A stretch of 61,425 nucleotides of DNA from an uncultured bacterium (GTDB taxonomy: Bacteria; UBA8481): positions 186,001 to 247,425 of the forward strand of contig CAZCME010000005.1 in assembly GCA_964499705.1 (NCBI GenBank). The letters run 5' to 3'. A model generated the notes under the pieces. It worked only from the letters and a program-made list of their open reading frames with translations. It was not told where the DNA came from and made no database searches. Each line of letters opens with the position of its first letter. Within the stretch, counting starts at the first letter, position 1. Shown here in pieces: positions 28,128 through 36,848 of the stretch. Position numbers and translations under genes: made by a program.

Positions 28128-28155
28128 CTCATCCTTCATCCTTCATCCCTCATCC
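28128..28155. repeat. Tandem heptamer repeat (YTCATCC)x4
   Basis: ctcatcc ttcatcc ttcatcc ctcatcc between the argS stop and the next RBS; a related 3-copy array cttcatc cttcata cttcatt lies at 24485-24505. Confidence 0.8.
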
Positions 28156-28164
28156 CCGCCTTTT

Positions 28165-29889
28165 TCACATCCGCTCCGGCGCGCTGATTCCCATCAACCC
28201 GAAGAGCACCTTCATCGCGCGACCCACGCGTTCCACAAGAAATAGACGCGCGGTCGTTGTCGCCGGATCTTCCGGCCTCACGATGCGGAGTGTGTCCTCG
28301 GATTTTCCCCGCGTCTGGTACCGGTGCAGAGTCTGCGCCAGGTCCATCGCCGCCTCCGGCACCCTGTGCGGCTCCAATCGCAATGCCGCCGCGCGCAGCG
28401 TTTCCGGCAGGACAATGAGCTTCCGCATGATCTCGATCTCCGATTCATGATCCAGCCTGTCGAGATGCTCGGCGGACGGCGTCAATCCGTGTTCCGCTCC
28501 CTTCGACAGGAGCTGGCACGTGCGCGCATGCGCATACTGGCAGTAGAAGACCGGATTGTCGCTCGACTGCTTGACGGCGAGATCGAGATCGAAATCGAGC
28601 TGAGAGTTGGGCGAGCGCGAAAGAAAGAAGAATCGCACGGCGTCCGATCCCACTTCCTCCGTCAATTCCGCGAGACTGACGGTCTGGCCGGTTCGCTTCG
28701 ACATCTTCACTTCCTGGCCGTTCCGTATGAGCCTGACCATCTGGCAGAGAACCACATCCAGCTTGTCCGGAGCCAGTCCCAGGGCATCCATGGCGGCCTT
28801 CATCCGTTTCACATGGCCGCCGTGATCCGCTCCCCAGATGTTGATGATCCTCGCGTACCCGCGCCGGTATTTTTCGCGGTGGTACGCGATATCGGTCGTG
28901 AAATAGGTGAAGGCTCCGTTGGCGCGCAGGATGATCCTGTCCGTTTCGTCGCCGAAGCGGCTCGTGCGGAGAAACGATCCGCCCTGCATGTCCTCGCGAT
29001 GCTGCGCCGCCTTCGATCCTTCCCGGCGAACCTGCTCCCCGGTGCCTTCCGCCTCCTCCGCTTCATACACAAGATTTTTTCCGCGAAGCTCGGTCATGAG
29101 TCCCGGAATCTTCTCTTCGAGCGCCGATTCGCGAACGATCGAATCGAAGGAAATTTCCAGCCTCCGAAGATCCTCGAGGATCCCTTCGAAGATTAGTTCC
29201 GAGGCATAATGAGCCGCCGCGCGAGCGGCCGTCGGATCTTCCGTTCGCGAAGGCAACGGGCGCTTCTCCTCGATGTAGCGCCGTGTAACTGCTTCCACGA
29301 CATCTCCCCCGTAGACCTTCTCGAAGCCTCCGTCGTCCATTTTCTTCATGACGCGGGCGATATGCAGGACGGATTCTCCCAGTAGCTCGATCTGCTTCCC
29401 AATGTTGTTGAGATAATATTCGCGCGTCACTGAAAATCCCGCGTTCGTCAGCAGCCGCGCGATGGCGTCTCCCAGGATCGCGCCCCTGCCGTGTCCGACG
29501 TGCAGCGGTCCCGTCGGATTCGCGGACACGTATTCGACGATGGTTTTCACCCCGGAACCGAGCGTGTCGCTCCCCCATCCCGGTTCGCCCAGGGCGACGA
29601 GATGTTCGCGAAGTGCAGACGGAGTGATCCGGAAATTCAGGAATCCCGCGCCGGCGGCTTCCGCAGTCGCGTCCCCTGAAATCCGGGGCGCCAGCGCGGA
29701 TGCGATCTCGGCGGGTTTCTTGCGGGCTGATCGGGCAAGTTGAAAAGCGATGTTGGATGAAAAATCCCCGTGAGAGGAATCCGAGGGGCGGCCCAGAATG
29801 ATTTCAGGATGTTCGGCGAACCCTGATTCCGCCAGGGCGCGTTTCAGCACGGACGTTATAGCATCGGAAATATTGCGCGTGCTCTGCAT
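28165..29889 (-). CDS. argS: Arginine--tRNA ligase
   Basis: VEYVSANPTGPLHVGHGRG (HIGH), WGADH, KMSKRTG, NPVFYCQYAHAR and C-terminal APERM. Confidence 0.98.
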   Translation of the reverse strand: MQSTRNISDAITSVLKRALAESGFAEHPEIILGRPSDSSHGDFSSNIAFQLARSARKKPAEIASALAPRISGDATAEAAGAGFLNFRITPSALREHLVALGEPGWGSDTLGSGVKTIVEYVSANPTGPLHVGHGRGAILGDAIARLLTNAGFSVTREYYLNNIGKQIELLGESVLHIARVMKKMDDGGFEKVYGGDVVEAVTRRYIEEKRPLPSRTEDPTAARAAAHYASELIFEGILEDLRRLEISFDSIVRESALEEKIPGLMTELRGKNLVYEAEEAEGTGEQVRREGSKAAQHREDMQGGSFLRTSRFGDETDRIILRANGAFTYFTTDIAYHREKYRRGYARIINIWGADHGGHVKRMKAAMDALGLAPDKLDVVLCQMVRLIRNGQEVKMSKRTGQTVSLAELTEEVGSDAVRFFFLSRSPNSQLDFDLDLAVKQSSDNPVFYCQYAHARTCQLLSKGAEHGLTPSAEHLDRLDHESEIEIMRKLIVLPETLRAAALRLEPHRVPEAAMDLAQTLHRYQTRGKSEDTLRIVRPEDPATTTARLFLVERVGRAMKVLFGLMGISAPERM

Positions 29890-29981
29890 CGTTCATTGCC
29901 TCGTACAATCTGCGTTCGTTTGCCTGTATCGGGCGCAACGCTCGATACTTCGATTCCATGGAGATTACAGCGTTTTCCTCA

Positions 29982-30986
29982 TCAATGGCAAGAACCTTTT
30001 GCATTTTTACCTATTTTTTCAAGGATCAGAACGAGGGCCTGGGTTACGGGAGCGATTTCATATTCGATCAGGTCTCCGATAAGCACGCGGTCGCGCCGTT
30101 CAAATGCCTCGATCAATTCCGAGAGGATCCCAGACAGGGCTTGATTTCGTTCCTCAAAGCTCTTGCCATCCATGACGAGTTCCTCATCCGGGATGGCGAG
30201 CTGCTTGCGACCTTTTTCCACGAAAAGAAACGCCTTCTCGAGGGCGCTGACCGCTTCGGCGAATTCCTGCATGCCCCGCGCCGAGTCGCCGATCGAGATC
30301 TTCACGGCAATCGCCTCCAGTCGCTCGGGAAGCTGCTGCAGCGAAGGCAGCAGTTCCTCCAGCTCTTCCTTCAATCCGTCGGTGGGATAGTTCAGCTCTC
30401 CCTTTTCCAGGATGATCGGGATCGCGCGAACCAGGGTATCGCAGAGAGGGCCGACGGAATCCCTGAGAAGGCCGCGGAGCGCCGCGTGGTTGCCTCCTTT
30501 GAAGGCGGCCCCGATGTGATCGCGGATATCTCCAAGCCGGAGAATCCTCTTGTGCAGTTTCTCGCCCTCGAACTCGATCTCCCGGAAGGACAGCCGCAGA
30601 ATCTCTTCCACGCGCTTGAAGACATCCTCGCACCACCAGAGTCCGTCGACGAGCTGTGTGACCGTCTCTTCCGTGATCTCCTTCTCCGTGAGTCCCGGAG
30701 CCAGGCGCGCGACACGGTCGAGATACTGTCCCAGCTCATTGACGGTTTCGATGACGAGAAGCCGCGCATTCTGCGATTCGAACTCGAGCTTGTGATGTTC
30801 CTTGATGGAAGTGGAACGGATTTCGGAATTTTCCAGCAGATCAAACGATTGCCCGTCCAGGCGTCCCGAAACAAGGACCGCTCCCTGCCCGAGGAGCCAC
30901 TTGGCGACATAATCGATGACCTGGCCTATCGTCGTTTCCGTCTCGATCTCGTATTCGACGGGCTTTCCATTGAGAAATATATCCAC
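29982..30986 (-). CDS. Hypothetical flagellin-locus protein (small N-terminal domain plus two helical repeats)
   Basis: 334-aa ORF with coding-like composition downstream of a flagellin; C-terminal AFERRDRVLIGDLIEYEIAP echoes the internal AFKGGNHAALRGLLRDSVGP. Confidence 0.75.
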   Translation of the reverse strand: MDIFLNGKPVEYEIETETTIGQVIDYVAKWLLGQGAVLVSGRLDGQSFDLLENSEIRSTSIKEHHKLEFESQNARLLVIETVNELGQYLDRVARLAPGLTEKEITEETVTQLVDGLWWCEDVFKRVEEILRLSFREIEFEGEKLHKRILRLGDIRDHIGAAFKGGNHAALRGLLRDSVGPLCDTLVRAIPIILEKGELNYPTDGLKEELEELLPSLQQLPERLEAIAVKISIGDSARGMQEFAEAVSALEKAFLFVEKGRKQLAIPDEELVMDGKSFEERNQALSGILSELIEAFERRDRVLIGDLIEYEIAPVTQALVLILEKIGKNAKGSCH

Positions 30987-31044
30987 GGGACAGCTTGATA
31001 CTAGATGACCTGTTCACGATATGCAACATCCTGCAGGACCACGG

Positions 31045-31070
31045 GCCGTCCCGTCATGAGGCGGGACGGC
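31045..31070 (-). terminator. GC-rich hairpin after flagellin 1
   Basis: gccgtcccgtc-atga-ggcgggacggc; no U-tract. Confidence 0.55.
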
Positions 31071-31078
31071 GTCGTGTC

Positions 31079-31945
31079 CTATTGCAGAAGTGAAAGAACG
31101 ATCTGCGGTCCCACATTGGCCTGCGACAGGGCGGAAATTCCCGTCTGTTGCAGGATCTGGTTCCGGGTGAACTCCGTGATTTCATGCGCGAAATCCGCGT
31201 CACGAATCCGCGATTCGGCCGCCGTGATGTTTTCAGTGCTCACTCCGACAAAGGAGATGACGTTTTCCAGCCTGTTCTGCAGAGCTCCAAGGTCGCCGCG
31301 CTGTTTCGAGACGAGGTCGACGGCCGTTTGAATCAGGTTGATGGCCGACTCCGCCGACAGTCGCGTCACGACTCCTCCCGAGGTGATGGTCGTCGTCGTG
31401 GCCGTTACCAGGCCCTTGATGCCGAGTCCGGTCGATGATATCGATGAAATATTGGCGACCAGCTTGTCGCCTTTGTTCGCGCCGACCTGGAACGTAAGCG
31501 AGCCTTTTCCGGCGGCGAACGTGCCGGTCAGGAGCACGCGTCCGTTGAAGCTCGTTGCCGAGGCCTGGCGGTCAATTTCCGCGATCAGCTGGTTCACTTC
31601 CACTTGTATGACACGGCGGTCGGCCGTGGAATAGGCGTCGTTCGATGATTGCACCGCGAGACTGCGGAGCCTCTGGAGAATGTCCGAGATCTGCGACAGT
31701 CCTCCTTCGGCGACCTGGATCATCGATACGCCGTCCTGCGAATTGCGCTTGGCCTGGTTGAGCCCGTTCACCTGGGTCCGCATGCGTTCTGAAATCGCGA
31801 ATCCGGCCGCGTCGTCAGACGCCCGGTTGATTCTCAATCCCGAAGAAAGTTTTTCGATGTTTTTTCCGAGCCGTCCCGTCGTGTCGTTTAGAAGACGCGA
31901 GGCGAACAGCGCGGGTATGTTGTTTCTGACTCGTAATCCTGACAT
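31079..31945 (-). CDS. fliC: Flagellin (288 aa)
   Basis: LSSGLRINRASDDAAG, QRLRSLAVQS, LGALQNRLE, ESRIRDADFA. Confidence 0.97.
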   Translation of the reverse strand: MSGLRVRNNIPALFASRLLNDTTGRLGKNIEKLSSGLRINRASDDAAGFAISERMRTQVNGLNQAKRNSQDGVSMIQVAEGGLSQISDILQRLRSLAVQSSNDAYSTADRRVIQVEVNQLIAEIDRQASATSFNGRVLLTGTFAAGKGSLTFQVGANKGDKLVANISSISSTGLGIKGLVTATTTTITSGGVVTRLSAESAINLIQTAVDLVSKQRGDLGALQNRLENVISFVGVSTENITAAESRIRDADFAHEITEFTRNQILQQTGISALSQANVGPQIVLSLLQ

Positions 31946-32045
31946 TTCACCCTCCTTGGTGAGTTATCAAGTAAGTATCAGTCCTCCGTCGCGCCTTCCT
32001 GCGGATCCTTCCATCGGAAAAACGCGACCCCTTGCCAATCCCTTG

Positions 32046-32082
32046 AAAAAAGCCGGACCGTCCCGCCCGGAGGCGGGACGGT
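32046..32082 (-). terminator. Intrinsic terminator after flagellin 2
   Basis: accgtcccgcc-N4-ggcgggacggt stem followed on the minus strand by TTTTTT. Confidence 0.75.
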
Positions 32083-32091
32083 ACCGGAGCC

Positions 32092-32958
32092 TTATTGGAG
32101 CAACGAAAGGACGATCTGCGGTCCGATGTTGGCCTGCGACAGAGCGGAAATACCCGTCTGCTGCAGGATCTGGTTTCTTGTAAATGCCGTGATCTCTTCC
32201 GCAAAGTCCGCGTCGCGGATCCGGGATTCGGCGGCCGTGATGTTCTCGGTGCTCACTCCGACGAAGGAGATGACATTCTCCAGCCGGTTCTGCAGAGCTC
32301 CAAGATCGCCTCGCTGTTTCGAAACGAGGTCGACAGCCGTTTGAATGAGATTGATGGCCGACTCCGCCGAAAGACGCGTTACAACGCCGCCGGACGTAAT
32401 CGTGGTCGTGGTCGCGGTCACGAGGCCCTTGATGCCCAGCCCCGTCGAAGATATGGATGCGATGTTCGCGACCAGCTTGTCGCCCTTGTTCGCTCCGACC
32501 TGGAACGTAAGCGAGCCTTTTCCGGATGCGAATGTCCCGGTCAGGAGAACACGTCCGTTAAAGCTCGTTGCCGAGGCCTGACGATCGATTTCCGCGATGA
32601 GTTGATTGACTTCGACCTGAATGACGCGGCGGTCAGCCGTGGAATACGCATCGTTCGAGGATTGCACCGCGAGACTGCGGAGCCTCTGGAGAATGTCCGA
32701 GATCTGCGACAGTCCTCCTTCGGCGACCTGGATCATCGATACGCCGTCCTGCGAATTGCGCTTGGCCTGGTTGAGACCGTTGACCTGGGTCCGCATGCGT
32801 TCTGAAATCGCGAACCCGGCGGCGTCGTCCGACGCCCGGTTGATTCTCAAACCGGATGAAAGCTTTTCGATATTTTTCCCGAGCCTGCCGGTCGTGTCGT
32901 TCAAAAGACGCGACGCGAACAGGGCGGGTATGTTGTTTCTAACCCGTAAACCTGCCAT
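32092..32958 (-). CDS. fliC: Flagellin (288 aa), near-identical paralog of 31079-31945
   Basis: Same conserved flagellin N- and C-terminal motifs. Confidence 0.97.
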   Translation of the reverse strand: MAGLRVRNNIPALFASRLLNDTTGRLGKNIEKLSSGLRINRASDDAAGFAISERMRTQVNGLNQAKRNSQDGVSMIQVAEGGLSQISDILQRLRSLAVQSSNDAYSTADRRVIQVEVNQLIAEIDRQASATSFNGRVLLTGTFASGKGSLTFQVGANKGDKLVANIASISSTGLGIKGLVTATTTTITSGGVVTRLSAESAINLIQTAVDLVSKQRGDLGALQNRLENVISFVGVSTENITAAESRIRDADFAEEITAFTRNQILQQTGISALSQANIGPQIVLSLLQ

Positions 32959-33021
32959 ATTTTCACCCTCCTTGGTGAGTGGAAAAGGTATTATCCATCA
33001 ACGCGGATCGCTCAACGTCCC

Positions 33022-33037
33022 GCGACATCCCTGTCAC
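33022..33037 (-). promoter_or_regulatory. CsrA-binding hairpin in flagellin 2 leader
   Basis: Minus strand GUGACAGGGAUGUCGC matches the ACARGGAUGU consensus; the RBS also sits in a CACC-AAGGAG-GGUG loop. Confidence 0.8.
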
Positions 33038-33119
33038 GTTGGTTGTTATTTCGCCATCAATCCGCGAAGCGACTCGGGAGCCACCCGATCGCTCGTCCTG
33101 TTACATTGCCCTGTCTGAC

Positions 33120-33485
33120 CTATGTTTCTGCGCTGTACAATAGGCCGACGAGGCTGCCTGCTGAATCGCCCGCTGCTGAAATCTCTTCAGGCGGAATGAC
33201 TCGAATCACTTCTCCGGTCGAGCTGTTGGTTACCTTGATTACAACGCGCCCGGTCTCCTCGTCCACGGAAAATTTCAAATCCCGATCAACGATGGATGCG
33301 GCGGTATTTAAACTGTCCGCGACACCCTGGAGAGCATTCTTGTCGACTCCACTCGATTCCTTCTCATTCGCAGCTTTTGATTCAGATTTTTCCACCGCCG
33401 GCCTGGGCCTAGGCGACGGTGTCTGTGTCTCTACACGAAAGGGACTGGTGATGCCCTGTGTGGAAAGATCAATGCTGCCGGCCAT
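33120..33485 (-). CDS. flaG: Flagellar protein FlaG
   Basis: LKFSVDEETGRVVIKVTNSSTGEVIRVIPPEE...GLL; AGGAGG RBS. Confidence 0.93.
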   Translation of the reverse strand: MAGSIDLSTQGITSPFRVETQTPSPRPRPAVEKSESKAANEKESSGVDKNALQGVADSLNTAASIVDRDLKFSVDEETGRVVIKVTNSSTGEVIRVIPPEEISAAGDSAGSLVGLLYSAET

Positions 33486-33685
33486 AATGGTTCACCTCCT
33501 TTCTCTGAATTACAAAGCTCACAGGCCGCACGAATCATGTATCTCGCGGACTGGCAAGGGAGGATAGAGCCCCGGTTGGAACCGGGGCGGGAAGGGTTTC
33601 TTAGGCGCTTCCTACCTCCATGTAGCCTTCGCCTTGTAGCAGTCTCCTCCGGTTCCGTCCGGAGTGCAGACGACCGCTATATCCT

Positions 33686-33712
33686 TTATCGGTTGAGGGA
33701 ATGGCAAACTTA
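33686..33712 (-). promoter_or_regulatory. Sigma28 (FliA) promoter for flaG-flagellin
   Basis: Minus strand TAAG-N15-ACCGATAA versus consensus TAAA-N15-GCCGATAA. Confidence 0.75.
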
Positions 33713-33830
33713 ACCTCTTTTTTCAATTATCTTTTATCTGTTCACGGAATTTCATTTTCTTCAATAATTGAGCATCATTCAGCGGTTACGCCTGATTGAC
33801 ACCCGGCTTTCCGTCTGTTGTCATGCTGGA

Positions 33831-35396
33831 ATGTCCCTCCTCATGGATCTCGGCCTCGCCGGCGCCGAAATTGTCTCTTCCCGATCCGGACTTCCGACGC
33901 TCATGCATGGAGGCCAGGCCATCCTGAGCACCTATGATCCGGCGCGGGAAGCGGCGCGCTTCGCCAAGGCGTACCCCCAATCCCGCATTCGGCTTGTCGG
34001 ATTGGGGCTGGGCTACCTGGCCCAGGCATTCAGCGGCCGCCTGGCGGGCATTCTCGCGATCGAAGGCGAAGAAGGGAGGCTGACCGCAAGCCGGCCGGAC
34101 GCGGCGGAAGCGCTCAGGAACTTGACCGTTTCCTACGGCTCGCTCCTGCATCTCGAGCGCGCCCTCGCCGGATGCTGTCATTCCGGTGAAACTCCCGTTC
34201 TCGATCCCTCCCTGGGGGTGTCGCCTGAATTGAAGGCGAGACTGGAAGATCTGATCGCCATGATCGCGAAACGCCCGCGCGTCACCGTGATTCATTTAAA
34301 GACCGCCGGTGACGTTCTGCGATGCCTTGCAGCGGTACAGGCCTACAAGAATAATTTCCCGCAGGTGGATCTCACATTCGTGACGGAAAAACCGTACGGA
34401 GAACTTGTGTCGCTCGCGACGGGAATCGATCGCATTGTCGAGGTTGATCCTGGTGCGCCATCAGTCATCGATCTGCCCCGGCCTTTTATCGCGTTTAATT
34501 TCGGCGGAGATCATGCCGCATGCGCGCTTATGAAATCAATGGAGCCGGTTTATTCCGCCGGATATGCGGAAACGGAATCCGGGATTCAACTGGTCGACGA
34601 CCGGCGAGCCGATCAGGGAGCCGAGCTGAATGAAATACGGAATCGAATGAACCGATACGCGCTCGCCCATGCCATCATGGGCCTGGCGCCGACATTAAAC
34701 CCTCCGTTCCTTAAAATCACCGCGAAGCAAAAGGATTATTCGGTGGTGCAGTTCGGAGCGGGAAGCGGCGCCGAAGTGTGGGATCCGAAACGTGTCGATC
34801 CCGGTATCATCGGGGAATGCTTGAGAGAGTTGGGAGGCAAATGGATCGCCGTGGGCTCTCAGGGTGAACGGGACAGGGCCCGCGACGGTGGTATCGCCGA
34901 GGACAACAATTTCTGCGGCCGAACCAGCTGGAGCGAACTCGCCGAACTTATCGCCGGCGCGCGGCTCTATATCGGTCACGACAGCGGCCCCACGCACCTG
35001 GCGGCCGCCCTCGGCGTGCCGACCGTGGCGCTCTTCGGTTTCACGTCGCCGATTCTCAACGCTCCGGTCGGACCGCGCACGATCATTCTCCAGGCGGACA
35101 TGCCGTGCGCCTATTTCGGCTGCCGCATTCCCTGTCCGGAAAGAACCTGCACACATCATTTCACCCCCCGCATCATCGGCGACGCCGTCGCGTTTCTGAA
35201 CGCGGACAGACCTCTCGATCGGTTGACTATCGCGGAACGGCTGCGATCGGCCGGTATGCGATATTGGACGTCCTGCCTGGATACGGATGATCCGGATCCA
35301 CTCCGTGCCCTCTTCGCGGGCGAACCCGAGATCGGTCCTCCCGGGATTCCCGCGCTCTCGCTCCTTCGCGAGTGGCTCCGGACCGGCTCCCGGTGA
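33831..35396 (+). CDS. GT9 (heptosyltransferase-like) glycosyltransferase with Maf-like N-terminal region
   Basis: LSTYDPAREAARF...VGLGLGYL N-terminus; LKTAGDVL, GRTSWSELAELIAGARLYIGHDSGPTHLAAALGVPTVALFG. Start is likely ATG 33831. Confidence 0.85.
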   Translation: MSLLMDLGLAGAEIVSSRSGLPTLMHGGQAILSTYDPAREAARFAKAYPQSRIRLVGLGLGYLAQAFSGRLAGILAIEGEEGRLTASRPDAAEALRNLTVSYGSLLHLERALAGCCHSGETPVLDPSLGVSPELKARLEDLIAMIAKRPRVTVIHLKTAGDVLRCLAAVQAYKNNFPQVDLTFVTEKPYGELVSLATGIDRIVEVDPGAPSVIDLPRPFIAFNFGGDHAACALMKSMEPVYSAGYAETESGIQLVDDRRADQGAELNEIRNRMNRYALAHAIMGLAPTLNPPFLKITAKQKDYSVVQFGAGSGAEVWDPKRVDPGIIGECLRELGGKWIAVGSQGERDRARDGGIAEDNNFCGRTSWSELAELIAGARLYIGHDSGPTHLAAALGVPTVALFGFTSPILNAPVGPRTIILQADMPCAYFGCRIPCPERTCTHHFTPRIIGDAVAFLNADRPLDRLTIAERLRSAGMRYWTSCLDTDDPDPLRALFAGEPEIGPPGIPALSLLREWLRTGSR

Positions 35397-35400
35397 ATTC

Positions 35401-36720
35401 ATGAAGACCCTGCTGGTCCTTCCCAACGCCATCGGTGACGTCATCTGCGGCGTGGGTATCGCCCGGCATTTCGCTCGCGACGGAGAACTGACATGGATTG
35501 TCAATGAGTCCGCGGCAGGGCTCGTGGATCATCTCGGCTTTCATGGCGTCACTCCCCCCTCCGATTCCGTGAGGCGTCGCGCCGGGCTGGGAGCCCCTAC
35601 GGAGACACTCTGGAGACAGACGCAGGACTTCCTGGATTCGCTCCATGCGACGGGCCCGTACGATCTCGTTTTGAATCCTCATCTATCGCGGCCGGCTTCG
35701 CTGATGGCGGGATCCGTGGATGCGGCGCAATTTCGCGGCCCCGCTCTGGGCTCAACGGTGATCTCCGACGCATGGTCAGACTTCTTCATGGCGTCCATTG
35801 TCCATGGATGCGCGCCGGAAGTATCCGCCGTGGCACGCTTCTCCTTGATTGCATGTTTGCAAGAACCGGCGTGGCCGCATTTCGATCGAAGACCGCATGC
35901 GGACCAGGGATCGATCCTCTTCATTCCCGCGGCCGGATGGCCCTCCAAGTCCCTGTCTCCGGAAGTCGCCGCTTCCGTGGCGGATCAGCTTGCGGATCTC
36001 GGCCCGGTCAGGTTCCTGGGTTCCTCGGGTGATGCGGAATTCATCATGCGGATCAGGGGGCTGATGAAGTCGACTCCCGAAGATTTTTCACCGGGCTCAA
36101 TGCAGGATGCCTTTGACAGCATTCTGGCCGCTCAACTGGTCGTCAGCGTCGACACGTGGGCGCTTCATGCGGCATCGGCCGCCGGAGTTCCCGTCTTCGG
36201 CATACTCGGGCCCACGCGCGTCTTTCCGCGGGCGCATTCAGCGGGAGAAAAAGCCGCCGCCATCTCGCCCCGGCAAAGTCCTTCATGGAAATCGCATGAC
36301 GACCGGACCCTGGATCAACTCTCCGCGGACGAAATCATCCGTGCGATTCTGGATTTTCATCGGGAGGAATCGTCGAATCCGGAGAAATGCATTTCCTGGG
36401 ATTGTCGTTCCGATTTTCCATTACCATCGAAATCCTTTGAAGGCGGACCGCAGCCGTTATTTGCGTGGGCCAGGGCCAGGGCTTTCTGTGACCTCGTGGA
36501 AATGCATCTGCCTGACCAGCCGACGCTCCGCTTGCGGCCACGCGAGGACATGAGAATCATGTATTCGGATCTTGATGATGCCAGGATGGAAGTGATGCGA
36601 ACTTATCTGGCGAAGGCTCAATTGTTTCCGCTCTTTGAAACCACTTTTCCCGGTCTTGATCCGGACAAGCTCCAGCGGAACTGGATCAGGGGCACTGCCG
36701 AATATGTGAGATGCCTGTAA
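35401..36720 (+). CDS. GT9 family glycosyltransferase
   Basis: NAIGDVI; PAAGWPSK; VVSVDTWALHAASAAGVPVFGILGPT. Confidence 0.85.
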   Translation: MKTLLVLPNAIGDVICGVGIARHFARDGELTWIVNESAAGLVDHLGFHGVTPPSDSVRRRAGLGAPTETLWRQTQDFLDSLHATGPYDLVLNPHLSRPASLMAGSVDAAQFRGPALGSTVISDAWSDFFMASIVHGCAPEVSAVARFSLIACLQEPAWPHFDRRPHADQGSILFIPAAGWPSKSLSPEVAASVADQLADLGPVRFLGSSGDAEFIMRIRGLMKSTPEDFSPGSMQDAFDSILAAQLVVSVDTWALHAASAAGVPVFGILGPTRVFPRAHSAGEKAAAISPRQSPSWKSHDDRTLDQLSADEIIRAILDFHREESSNPEKCISWDCRSDFPLPSKSFEGGPQPLFAWARARAFCDLVEMHLPDQPTLRLRPREDMRIMYSDLDDARMEVMRTYLAKAQLFPLFETTFPGLDPDKLQRNWIRGTAEYVRCL

Positions 36721-36802
36721 AATCATAAAGGAATATTCACCGTGAACGTCCGCACATCACGTCGCTGGAGATCCGGCATGCTTCAACTGTCCTTCCCCGG
36801 GA

Positions 36803-36828
36803 ACGGCCCCGCCCGATGGCGGGGCCGT
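36803..36828 (-). terminator. GC-rich hairpin after flagellin 3
   Basis: acggccccgcc-cgat-ggcggggccgt between convergent genes. Confidence 0.6.
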
Positions 36829-36848
36829 CCTTCCGAGTATGATACCGT

